A DNA stretch of 60,403 nt from NCBI GenBank assembly GCA_947627995.1, contig CANQYE010000004.1, forward strand, positions 1-60,403, read 5' to 3'. The notes beneath the pieces were generated by a model. That model had not been told where the DNA came from. It saw only the letters and a list, made by a program, of their open reading frames with translations, and made no database searches. Below are positions 9,778 through 19,149 of this stretch, piece by piece. Position 1 is the first letter of the stretch; every line of letters begins with the position of its first letter. This DNA comes from an uncultured Bacilli bacterium (GTDB lineage: Bacteria; Bacillota_I; Bacilli_A; RF39; UBA660). The position numbers and the translations under genes were made by a program.

Positions 9778-9862
9778 TTCCTCCTTCGTTTTTTCTTCCA
9801 TATGTTTCAAATAACCATCACCAATTTGGCACTAGATAATTAAATTCACATATGTGTTTTTT
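9778..9862 (-). promoter_or_regulatory. S2 (rpsB) autoregulatory leader RNA
   Basis: AAAACACATATGTG...GTGCCAAATTGGTGA...ACATATGGAAG...AAGGAGG resembles Firmicute rpsB leaders; CATATG arms pair. Confidence 0.6.
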
Positions 9863-9911
9863 GACTTTTTAAGTCCATTTTATTTTAACAAAAAAAAAGA
9901 ATAATAACAAG

Positions 9912-10397
9912 CTATTTTTTATTATTAATTTTAAAAATTAATAACTTTATAGTTGCTACTATAAAATATGCAAAATAAGCATAAATAAATAACCAAATAT
10001 AAGTATATTTTAATTTACTTGTTAAGAAATAAAATAAAAATGGCAAAGATATTAAACATAATATAATTACATACGTAAATTTATCTGTCTTTATTGTGTT
10101 ACTAATAGATTCTATTTTGTTATTAATTGCAAAATCAATACTAAGATAAAAACAAATTGTAAAAAATAACATTTTATTAACTAAAGTATTTTGAAAAAAA
10201 GAGAATATAATAAATATTAATATTAAAAAAGTAGGAAAAATTTTAAAAACTTTTTTATAATTTTGCTTAAATAAAGTTTTCAAAGTTGTTTTTTTATTAA
10301 TTTTATTATTTTTAATAGCATCTTTTATGACACAATAAAAATAAACTAACCAAATACAAAAAGTAAAAATACTAATAATTTTATTCAAAAACATCAC
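9912..10397 (-). CDS. hypothetical multi-pass membrane protein
   Basis: About five hydrophobic segments. Confidence 0.7.
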   Translation of the reverse strand: MMFLNKIISIFTFCIWLVYFYCVIKDAIKNNKINKKTTLKTLFKQNYKKVFKIFPTFLILIFIIFSFFQNTLVNKMLFFTICFYLSIDFAINNKIESISNTIKTDKFTYVIILCLISLPFLFYFLTSKLKYTYIWLFIYAYFAYFIVATIKLLIFKINNKK

Positions 10398-10408
10398 TTC
10401 CTTAAAAT

Positions 10409-10633
10409 TTATTTAATAATTAATTTACCATTATATTTTTTATGATATTTATCACTAAATTTATTAAATATATCATTATTTGATTGATGATTTAATACAT
10501 TAATAACAATATTTGATATGTCATAATTTTCTAATATTTTAAAAACTCTATCATCCATTTTGTCTACTAAATGTCCATTTACTTCATCTAATAAATCTAC
10601 ATATAATGTTTTATTTGTATAATATATATCCAT
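10409..10633 (-). CDS. small STAS/SpoIIAA-like protein, truncated
   Basis: MDIYYTNKTLYVDLLDEVNGHLVDKMDDRVFKILENYDISNIVINV resembles the STAS N-half; start set at ATG after GGTGATAGGA. Confidence 0.45.
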   Translation of the reverse strand: MDIYYTNKTLYVDLLDEVNGHLVDKMDDRVFKILENYDISNIVINVLNHQSNNDIFNKFSDKYHKKYNGKLIIK

Positions 10634-10682
10634 TCCTATCACCAATTGTAATGTAACAGATATTAATTTAATTTTCTATAAC

Positions 10683-10689
10683 TTCGACA
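10683..10689 (-). promoter_or_regulatory. Spo0A box (TGTCGAA)
   Basis: Perfect 0A consensus ~50 nt upstream of the STAS-like gene. Confidence 0.45.
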
Positions 10690-10701
10690 AAAGATCCTAA
10701 A

Positions 10702-11970
10702 TTATTCTTTAAAAATAAATATATTATCACATATAGATATTTCATCGCCTTTTTTAGCACCCAATTTTTCTAACTCTTCTTCTACCCCCATTTGACGAAG
10801 TTTACGACCAAATCTAATTACTGCATCATCTAAGTCAAAACGAGTCATTTTAAATAATCTTTCTATTTCATTACCAGAAACAATCCATAAATCATTTTCT
10901 TTTTTTATTTTAAATGGTTCTTTTTTTTCGAATTTAAATACCACTTCATCATTTTGATTTTTAATTGATGGCTTTAATTTTTCATCTTCTAAAGCATCTG
11001 CTAATTTAATTAATAATTCATCAATTCCGGCTCCAGTCATCGCACTTATTTCACAAATTTCAATGTCTGGATATTTATTTTTAAATTTTATTAAATTATC
11101 TTTAGCATTTTCCAAATCCATTTTATTAGCTATTACTATTTGCCTTTTTTGTACTAAACTTAAACTATATTGAGAAAGCTCAGTATTTATTTTTTCATAA
11201 TCTTCAATAGGATCACGATAATCAACTCCGGCCATATCAATAACATGGCCTATAACTTTTGTCCTTTTTGTATGTCTTAAAAATTGATGACCTAATCCTG
11301 CCCCTGATGCTGCTCCTTCAATTAAACCAGGTAAATCCGCCATTACAAATTTACGATGATCTTTTAATTGAACTACACCTAAATTGGGACTTAATGTTGT
11401 AAAATGATAAGCTGCAATTTTGGGTTTGGATGCACTTATTAAACTTAAAATAGAACTTTTCCCAACACTAGGAAAGCCTACCAAGCCAACATCGGCTAAT
11501 ACCTTTAATTCTAATTTTACAAATAACTCTTCTCCAGGCTCTCCTAATTCACAAATTTTTGGAGCAGGATTATCATGAGTTGCATAATATTTATTTCCAT
11601 GTCCCCCTCTTCCACCATGGGCAACTATAAATTCTTGCTCATCATTTACTAAATCTACTATTATTTTATTACTATCAATATTCGTAATAGTAGTTCCTTC
11701 CGGTACTTTTATAATTAAATCATCTGCATTTTTTCCGTGCCGATTAGATCCTTTACCATTTTCTCCTTTTTTACCTTTAATTATTTTTTGATATTTCAAA
11801 TCAAATAAAGTAGTTAAATTTCTATCCACTTTAAAAATAATATTGCTTCCTCGTCCACCATTTCCTCCGTCTGGTCCGCCCATAGGCACATATTTTTCAC
11901 GTCGAAAAGATGAACAACCATCTCCACCTTTTCCAGCAATTAATTTTATATTTATTTCATCAACGAACAT
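10702..11970 (-). CDS. obgE: GTPase ObgE/CgtA
   Basis: Gly-rich Obg fold, GFPSVGKS, FTTL, DLPG, NKMD. Confidence 0.98.
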   Translation of the reverse strand: MFVDEINIKLIAGKGGDGCSSFRREKYVPMGGPDGGNGGRGSNIIFKVDRNLTTLFDLKYQKIIKGKKGENGKGSNRHGKNADDLIIKVPEGTTITNIDSNKIIVDLVNDEQEFIVAHGGRGGHGNKYYATHDNPAPKICELGEPGEELFVKLELKVLADVGLVGFPSVGKSSILSLISASKPKIAAYHFTTLSPNLGVVQLKDHRKFVMADLPGLIEGAASGAGLGHQFLRHTKRTKVIGHVIDMAGVDYRDPIEDYEKINTELSQYSLSLVQKRQIVIANKMDLENAKDNLIKFKNKYPDIEICEISAMTGAGIDELLIKLADALEDEKLKPSIKNQNDEVVFKFEKKEPFKIKKENDLWIVSGNEIERLFKMTRFDLDDAVIRFGRKLRQMGVEEELEKLGAKKGDEISICDNIFIFKE

Positions 11971-12039
11971 ACTCTCACCTAAATTTAAATTTATGTATTC
12001 ATTATATTACAAAATGAATATATTTTAAAGAGGTATAAT

Positions 12040-13332
12040 ATGAAAAAAAACTTATTTGTAAAATCAACTATTATTTTAATTATAGGTAGCATGATTACTA
12101 AAGTATTAGGTTTTGTAATTAAAATAGCATACACAAGAATTATTGGAGAAAATGCAGTTTCTTTATACATGCTTTTAATGCCTACTTATTCGTTATTAGT
12201 GACCTTTTCATCTTTAGGATTACCGATTGCTATATCAAAGTTAGTAGCCGAAAAAAAAGCTCGATCATCAAAAATATTTTTTTCTATTTTTCCTATTATG
12301 ATTTTTCTAAATTTAGCTATTATAATACTTATAATTTTTTTAAGTCCATTTATCGCAAATACATTACTAAATGAACCCAAAACCCATTATTTAATTATAG
12401 CAATGAGTTTAGTTTTACCTTTTATATCCTTATCCAGCTTAATAAGAGGGTATTTTTTTGGAAAACAAAAAATGTTTCCTCATACTCTTTCAAACATCGT
12501 AGAACAAATTGTAAGAATTTTATTAATACTAATTATAATTCCTCGACTAATTAAAATTAGTGATGTTGCAGGGGTATTAGGTTTAATTCTGCTAAATATA
12601 ATTTCTGAAACAGTATCAATTATTATTTTTTTAATTTTTTTACCTAAAAATTTTAAAATAACAAAAAAAGATTTAACTCCTGATATTGCTACCATTAAAG
12701 ATGTTTTTAAAATTAGTCTTCCCTCAGTTTCTTCAAGAATAATAGGAAATATTGGTTATTTTTTTGAGCCCATTATTTTAACAAACTTAATGCTTTTTTC
12801 TGGGTATACTTCTACTTTTATAATTAAAGAATATGGAATATATAATGCTTATTCTTTACCTTTACTATTAGTCCCATCTTTTTTTATAACTTCCATTAAT
12901 ACAGCTTTAGTCCCAGAAATATCTAAATATCATGCCAAAAATAATAACTATATGGTTAAAAAAAGATTAAAACAAGGTCTATTTTATTCATTTTTAATTG
13001 GATTAATATTTACTATTATATTATTTATTTTTGCCAAAAATATTTTACAAATATTATATAATACCACTAGTGGTTTAATTTATTTTAAAGTATTAGCTCC
13101 ATTTTTCTTATTATTTTATCTCGAAGGACCACTAATAAGTGTATTACAAGCACTAAATAAAGCCGCCACTTCAATGAAAATAACAATTTATGGTGTAATA
13201 ATAAAAATTATTACTTTATCAATTTTTAGTTTATGTCATATCGGTTTATATGGTTTAGTTATATCTGAAATAACAAATATCATTTTTGTTGTATTATATA
13301 ATTTTAAAGAAGTAAAAAAAGAAATAAAATAA
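12040..13332 (+). CDS. spoVB: SpoVB/MurJ-family flippase
   Basis: KSTIILIIGSMITKVLGF, GLPIAISKLVAE, EQIVRI, LVPEISK; many TM segments. Confidence 0.75.
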   Translation: MKKNLFVKSTIILIIGSMITKVLGFVIKIAYTRIIGENAVSLYMLLMPTYSLLVTFSSLGLPIAISKLVAEKKARSSKIFFSIFPIMIFLNLAIIILIIFLSPFIANTLLNEPKTHYLIIAMSLVLPFISLSSLIRGYFFGKQKMFPHTLSNIVEQIVRILLILIIIPRLIKISDVAGVLGLILLNIISETVSIIIFLIFLPKNFKITKKDLTPDIATIKDVFKISLPSVSSRIIGNIGYFFEPIILTNLMLFSGYTSTFIIKEYGIYNAYSLPLLLVPSFFITSINTALVPEISKYHAKNNNYMVKKRLKQGLFYSFLIGLIFTIILFIFAKNILQILYNTTSGLIYFKVLAPFFLLFYLEGPLISVLQALNKAATSMKITIYGVIIKIITLSIFSLCHIGLYGLVISEITNIIFVVLYNFKEVKKEIK

Positions 13333-13333
13333 T

Positions 13334-14923
13334 TTATTTCTGAAATGCCTTTAAATCATATACTTTAGCTTTTTTCAAATTAGCGGGATTTTCAAAATCA
13401 GAATTTATACCCATTCTTTGAGCTAAAGTAAAATCATAATTTTTATTATCATATATACCATTTAGAAAATCTTGTAAATTAGCTTCCTGAATATCTTTAT
13501 ATGCTAAATATGCAAAACAATTTGCCAATATATTTATTGAAGAATCAGGATTTTGAAGTACTTGAAATTGATTTTTAATAATACGTTTACTTAATTTAAT
13601 TATATAAGTTAATAATTTATCCATTTCGGCAAAAGACATATTTATTTTTATATTAAATTCATTTTTATATATATAATCTTGTAATATTTGTTTTAAAACA
13701 TCTTGATTAGGCTCTTTTATTTCTAATAAATTAAATCTTCGAGAAAATGCTTTATCCGTAGAAAAAAATTTCATATACTCTTCTTTCGTAGTACATCCGA
13801 TAACTTTTATATTATTTTCAGAAATATATGGTTTTAAAATATTAGCAATGTCATTATTACTATCAATTGTCGTCCCATTACCAATAACACTATGTATTTC
13901 ATCTAAAAATAATATAACATCTTTTTTATTTTGAAGTGCAACACATAAGTTTTTAATTTTCTCTTCTAATGATCCTCGAAAATGTGTATCTGCTATAAGG
14001 CTAGAAATATTTACACTTAAAATTCCCTTATTTCTTAAAAATTTAGAAACTTCTCCTTTTCTAATTAAATATGCTAATCCTTTAACTAAAGCGGTTTTAC
14101 CTACGCCAGCCTCACCAATTAAAACTACCCCTTTATTAGGAATTAATATTAATTTTTGTAATTCATTAAGTTCTTCTTCCCTACCAATAGCTGGATTCGT
14201 TTTATATTCATTATCAGTTAAATAAAATCCGTTATCAATTTTATCTTTTAAATGCACTTCTGTATACTTATAATTATTTTGATTATCACATATTTCTTTA
14301 TTAACCTGATTTTCATTTTTTTGCACTTCTTCTGCACGCTTATAGTTATCTTGAATATCACATATTTCTTTATTAAACCATTCTCCATTTTCTAGCACTT
14401 CTATCGAAGTAACATCAAAATTTTCAAGTAATTTTAGTGAATCTGAAAACATTATCCCTCCATGTGTATGAGCACGCATAATTTTTGAAGCATAATTTTC
14501 ATTATTGAAATAACAATCTAAATTTTTAGATCTTTTATAATAAATAATTAAATAAATATCAACAATACCTTTAAGATATTTTAGTGCTTTACCTTTAAAT
14601 AATTCAACAAACTTAATAATTATTTCTTGTAAACAAAGTTTTTCTTCTTTAAGATTTTTAGGAAAATAAATATCTTTTACTTCAAGCAATTTTGCTTGAT
14701 TTATAATATCGTATTTAATAAAATAAATCCCTTTATTATTTTCAACTAGTTCAATATTTTTCAACGCTGGATGTTTAAAAAAAATTATATTTTCATTAAA
14801 AATATTTTCATCTAAAATACAATCTTGATCAGAAAAATGATAATCAGATCTTCCAAATAATCTTTTTTTAATATCATTAATTGTATAATCTTGGCCTTGA
14901 TAAACAATTAAAAATCCATTCAT
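13334..14923 (-). CDS. ClpA/B NBD1-like AAA+ ATPase with unusual N-terminal domain
   Basis: PAIGREEE, GEAGVGKT Walker A, LFLDEIH Walker B, IGCTT, AFSRRF; no second NBD. Confidence 0.85.
   Translation of the reverse strand: MNGFLIVYQGQDYTINDIKKRLFGRSDYHFSDQDCILDENIFNENIIFFKHPALKNIELVENNKGIYFIKYDIINQAKLLEVKDIYFPKNLKEEKLCLQEIIIKFVELFKGKALKYLKGIVDIYLIIYYKRSKNLDCYFNNENYASKIMRAHTHGGIMFSDSLKLLENFDVTSIEVLENGEWFNKEICDIQDNYKRAEEVQKNENQVNKEICDNQNNYKYTEVHLKDKIDNGFYLTDNEYKTNPAIGREEELNELQKLILIPNKGVVLIGEAGVGKTALVKGLAYLIRKGEVSKFLRNKGILSVNISSLIADTHFRGSLEEKIKNLCVALQNKKDVILFLDEIHSVIGNGTTIDSNNDIANILKPYISENNIKVIGCTTKEEYMKFFSTDKAFSRRFNLLEIKEPNQDVLKQILQDYIYKNEFNIKINMSFAEMDKLLTYIIKLSKRIIKNQFQVLQNPDSSINILANCFAYLAYKDIQEANLQDFLNGIYDNKNYDFTLAQRMGINSDFENPANLKKAKVYDLKAFQK
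14254..14403. repeat. degenerate ~72-bp tandem repeat in the AAA gene linker
   Basis: ATCACATATTTCTTTATTAA at 14285 and 14357 (NKEICD twice); GCACTTCT recurs three times at about the same period. Confidence 0.75.
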
Positions 14924-15008
14924 ACTTCTTTCTCCTTTTAGAGTATTATTCTATTATAAAATTTTAAAAATAGCAATAAAAATAGATTTATAAAATTTAT
15001 TTTAACAA

Positions 15009-16427
15009 TTAATGAATTAATGAGGGTGAAACAATATGACCATCTAAGCTAAAACTTTTTACTTCTGTTATTTTGACATCAATAATTTTGCCAATATATT
15101 TTTTATCCGCTTTCACATTTACTAGTTTCATGGTATCTGTATATCCATATAGTTTTGTATCATCTTTTTCACTTATTCCTTGAATTAACACCTTAACCGT
15201 TTGATTTAATAATTTTTGATTATTTAATAATGAATATTTATTAACTACTAAATTTAATTGAGCAAGCCTTTTTTCTTTTTCTTCTTGGGATACTTTATCA
15301 TCTATTAAAGCAGCAGGAGTTCCTTCTCTTTTAGAATAAATAAATGTAAAAGCCCCATCAAATTGACATTTATTTACTATATCAATTGTTTCTTTAAAAT
15401 CATCATTAGTTTCATTAGGAAAACCTACAATTATGTCAGTAGTAATAGCAACATTATGAACTTTTTCTTTAATTTTATTAAATAAAATAAGATAATCTTC
15501 TTTAGTATAACGTCTTCCCATTAATTTCAAAATTCTATTACTTCCAGATTGAATTGGTAAATGTATATATGGCATTATATTTGCATTTCTTGCAATTACA
15601 TTAATCATTTCATCAGTAAAATCCCAAGGATGACTAGTTACAAACCGAATACGAGGAATACCTGTTTGGCTAACTAAATCTAATAACTCAGCAAATGATA
15701 TTTCATTTTCACTATCTTTTCCATATGCATTAACATTTTGTCCAAGTAAGGTTACTTCTTGATAATTTTTATCTATTAAATCATTTATTTCTTTTAAAAT
15801 ATCCTCATGTTTTCTACTTCTTTGTTTCCCTCTAGTATATGGAACTATACAATAAGTACAAAATTTATCACAACCATACATAATATTAACCCAAGCTGTA
15901 TACTTAGAATCTCTTTTATAAATATAATTTTCAAATACTCTACCCTCTTTGCTAAAAACATTTATATTAAGTTTATTATCATGTTCAATTAGCATTCGTG
16001 GTAAATCACTTATATTATGGGTTCCAAATACAATATCAATATATTTGTGTTTATTTAATATTTCTTTACATACTCCCTCTTCTTGAGCCATACATCCGCA
16101 TAAGCCTATAATAACATCTTTGTTTTGTTTTAAATGTTTACATCTGCCTAAAAATCCAAATACTTTGTCATGTACATTTTCCCTTATTGCACATGTATTT
16201 AATAAAATCAAATATGCATCATTCATATCATTTGTTTCAATGAAACCTAATTCTTCCAAATATCCTTTAATAATTTCAGAATCATGAACATTCATTTGAC
16301 AACCATATGTTTTTAAAAAATATTTTTTGTTTTTGAAATAATTTTTTGGATATTCTACTTTATCATAAATATATTCGGTTTCTTCAGCATTTCTTTGCTT
16401 AGCTTCTAAATAGTTTGGTAATTTCAT
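15009..16427 (-). CDS. miaB: tRNA-2-methylthio-N6-dimethylallyladenosine synthase
   Basis: TYGCQMNVHDSE, NTCAIRE, GCDKFCTYC, C-terminal TRAM domain. Confidence 0.96.
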   Translation of the reverse strand: MKLPNYLEAKQRNAEETEYIYDKVEYPKNYFKNKKYFLKTYGCQMNVHDSEIIKGYLEELGFIETNDMNDAYLILLNTCAIRENVHDKVFGFLGRCKHLKQNKDVIIGLCGCMAQEEGVCKEILNKHKYIDIVFGTHNISDLPRMLIEHDNKLNINVFSKEGRVFENYIYKRDSKYTAWVNIMYGCDKFCTYCIVPYTRGKQRSRKHEDILKEINDLIDKNYQEVTLLGQNVNAYGKDSENEISFAELLDLVSQTGIPRIRFVTSHPWDFTDEMINVIARNANIMPYIHLPIQSGSNRILKLMGRRYTKEDYLILFNKIKEKVHNVAITTDIIVGFPNETNDDFKETIDIVNKCQFDGAFTFIYSKREGTPAALIDDKVSQEEKEKRLAQLNLVVNKYSLLNNQKLLNQTVKVLIQGISEKDDTKLYGYTDTMKLVNVKADKKYIGKIIDVKITEVKSFSLDGHIVSPSLIH

Positions 16428-16435
16428 ATATCCTC

Positions 16436-17020
16436 CTATATTTTATCTTCTCTTGGTTTATTTGTTTGTCTTTCCCTTGCAATAGCAAAAGTGTTTTCTG
16501 GTAATTCTTTATTTATAGTACTACCTGCTGCAATAAAAGAATTTTTACCTATTTTTATTGGAGCAATTAAAGTTGTATTACTACCAATAAATGAATTATC
16601 TTCAATTATAGTTTTATTTTTATTAATACCATCATAATTAGCTACAATTGTTCCTGCCCCTATATTGATATTGCTTCCTAAATCTGCATCTCCTACATAA
16701 GCTAAATGCGGAATTTTTGTATTCTCTTTAACTTTTACATTTTTTACTTCTACAAAACTGCCAATTTTAACATTATCTTCAGTTATTGTATTTTCCCTAA
16801 TATTGGAAAATGGCCCAATAATATTATTTCTGCCAATCTTACTTTTATTAATATAAGAACAAGAAATTTTTGTATTTTCTTTAATAATAGAATCTTTAAT
16901 AAAAGAATTAGATTCTATTATTACCCCAGCTTCAATCGTAGAATTTATAATTACTACATTCGGATATATTTTTGCATTTTTATCTATTTTATTATTACTA
17001 ATATTATTATCTATATTCAT
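16436..17020 (-). CDS. GlmU C-terminal acetyltransferase (left-handed beta-helix) domain only
   Basis: IGPFSNIR, IGSFVEVK, HLAYVGDA, NIGAGTIVANYDG, FIGSN, AAGS; no pyrophosphorylase half. Confidence 0.8.
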   Translation of the reverse strand: MNIDNNISNNKIDKNAKIYPNVVIINSTIEAGVIIESNSFIKDSIIKENTKISCSYINKSKIGRNNIIGPFSNIRENTITEDNVKIGSFVEVKNVKVKENTKIPHLAYVGDADLGSNINIGAGTIVANYDGINKNKTIIEDNSFIGSNTTLIAPIKIGKNSFIAAGSTINKELPENTFAIARERQTNKPREDKI

Positions 17021-17104
17021 TTATTTCACCTGCCAATATAATAACATATTTTATGCCTAGGCAAAAGAAATAAATACACATATATTATAAATGAGGTGTA
17101 AAAA

Positions 17105-17905
17105 ATGTTATATTTATCTAAAATTCCTTATCCATTGTTAGCTTTTTTTGCAGCAATTTTTACTTGGGGAATCACTGCCTTAGGGGCTTGTGTAGTATTT
17201 TTATTTAAAAAAATCAATAAAAATGTTATGGATGCAATGTTAGGATTTGCAGCCGGGGTTATGATTGCAGCCAGTTTTTTTTCTTTAATTTCTCCAGCTA
17301 TTGAAATGAGCGAAAATTTAAAATTAATTCCATGGATAGTCTGTTTTATCGGATTTATTTTAGGTGGGATTCTTTTATTTTCAGGAGATAAATTTTATGA
17401 TTTTTGGACTAAAAAAATAAAAAGAAAAACAACAGAAGCAAATTTAAAAAGAGTATGGCTTTTAGTTTTTTCAATAACCTTACATAATATTCCTGAAGGA
17501 TTAGCAATCGGTGTTGCCTTTGGTTCGTTAGCTTATCATATTGATGGGGCAACTTTGGCTAGTGCTTGTGCTTTAGCTCTTGGTATTGGAATCCAAAATT
17601 TTCCTGAAGGAAGTGCTGTTAGTGTTCCTCTCTTAAGAGAAGGATTTTCACGTCAAAAAGCCTTTTTTATTGGGCAATTAAGCGGAATAGTCGAACCAAT
17701 TAGTGCTTTAATCGGAGCCCTTTTGGTTATAAAAGCAAGAGTTCTATTACCATTTCTACTAGCTTTTGCAGCTGGAGCAATGATTTATGTTGTCGTAGAA
17801 GAATTAATCCCAGAAAGTCAAACTAATAAGAAAAAAGATTTAATGGCTCTATTCACATTAATTGGTTTTAGTATTATGATGATATTAGATTTAGCCTTAG
17901 GCTAG
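17105..17905 (+). CDS. ZIP-family metal transporter (ZupT/GufA)
   Basis: GFAAGVMIAAS, TLHNIPEGLAIG, IQNFPEG, EELIPE. Confidence 0.93.
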   Translation: MLYLSKIPYPLLAFFAAIFTWGITALGACVVFLFKKINKNVMDAMLGFAAGVMIAASFFSLISPAIEMSENLKLIPWIVCFIGFILGGILLFSGDKFYDFWTKKIKRKTTEANLKRVWLLVFSITLHNIPEGLAIGVAFGSLAYHIDGATLASACALALGIGIQNFPEGSAVSVPLLREGFSRQKAFFIGQLSGIVEPISALIGALLVIKARVLLPFLLAFAAGAMIYVVVEELIPESQTNKKKDLMALFTLIGFSIMMILDLALG

Positions 17906-17965
17906 ATTTTTTTTAAGCTGTTTTTTTTCAAAATAAAAATTCATTTTAATAATGAATTTATTTAA

Positions 17966-18331
17966 TTAATCTCTTTCTTTAAAAGAATGAATTATCTCAC
18001 CATTTACAGCATCTATATAATATTCATATTCGAATTCCATATAATTAAAATCTATTTCATAAACTGTTTGATTATATTTATAATCTAGTTCAACACTTAA
18101 ATCATGAATATCGCTTTGATTTATTTTTTCATTATTTAAAGCAATATTTAAAGCCTCTTCTTTAGATAAATAATTGTTATTATTTGTATTATTATCAATA
18201 CGAAAATTATTTTCGTAAGGTTTAGTATTTAAATTTGTTTTCATTATTAAAATGACAATAATAAATACTAATAAAGCAATAACAACTAATAAAATTGGTA
18301 AGATAATATTATTTTTATTTTTTTCTTTCAT
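17966..18331 (-). CDS. membrane-anchored PepSY-domain protein
   Basis: N-terminal TM; LSKEEALNIAL...YEIDF...YEYYIDAVNGEII. Confidence 0.85.
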   Translation of the reverse strand: MKEKNKNNIILPILLVVIALLVFIIVILIMKTNLNTKPYENNFRIDNNTNNNNYLSKEEALNIALNNEKINQSDIHDLSVELDYKYNQTVYEIDFNYMEFEYEYYIDAVNGEIIHSFKERD

Positions 18332-18440
18332 TTAAAATTTCCTTTCTAATTAACAATCGCTACTATATTTATTTAATAAATTTTATAATTTTTATTTTTA
18401 GCTAGTCTTAATAAATTAAAATTTAAATGTTTATTTTTCT

Positions 18441-19063
18441 TCATCTATTTAGTTTTGATTTTTCAATAAAATCTATGTCAATATCATTTTTCTCACACAA
18501 CCCTTCGATTTGCAGTCTTATATCTTCTTTAGTAGTAAGTCCATAAATATTTAATATGACATTTGAACTATAATCTTCAAAATGATTTATATAAAGCTCT
18601 TTAAAGTATTTATCTCTTGTCTTCTCTCGCGTTTCAATTTCAGATAAACTACTCCCTCGATTAATTAAAGATTCTTTCCAACTATCTAATTCAGAATCAT
18701 CATATCCACGATAAATAAAAAATATAACAACACATTCAGGATAATCTTTTAGTATTTGCAAATAATTTTTATAATTAGGACAGACAACCATAGGTGATTT
18801 ACCACAAGCTAAAGCATCATCTAATTTAGATTTTTCTATTCCATACCATCTACCAGTTTCTGCTCCCTCATAATAATAATCTGTTTTTTTATATCATCTA
18901 TAGGTACAGAAAAGATAGAAGAAATAGAAGTATCCTCATTTCTTCTAGGATCACTAGAAATCAATCTTTTTATTATTTCGATATTATCATACTCATTAGC
19001 AACTGATAAGACAAAGTCTTTTCCAGAGCCACTATCTCCTACTAGCAAAATAATCTTGTTCAT
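18441..19063 (-). pseudogene. guanylate kinase-like P-loop protein split by a -1 frameshift
   Basis: VGDSGSGKD and PRRNE in 18836-19063; shifting at the A7 run (18884-18890) reads TDYYYEGAETGRWYGIEKSKLDDAL...PMVVC in frame with 18441-18791. Confidence 0.7.
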
Positions 19064-19149
19064 AATTGATCTTCCTTTTCTTGCAATTTCAATTTTAAAA
19101 GAATCACAATATATTTAATATTTATTTTTACAATCATTTAATAAAAATT

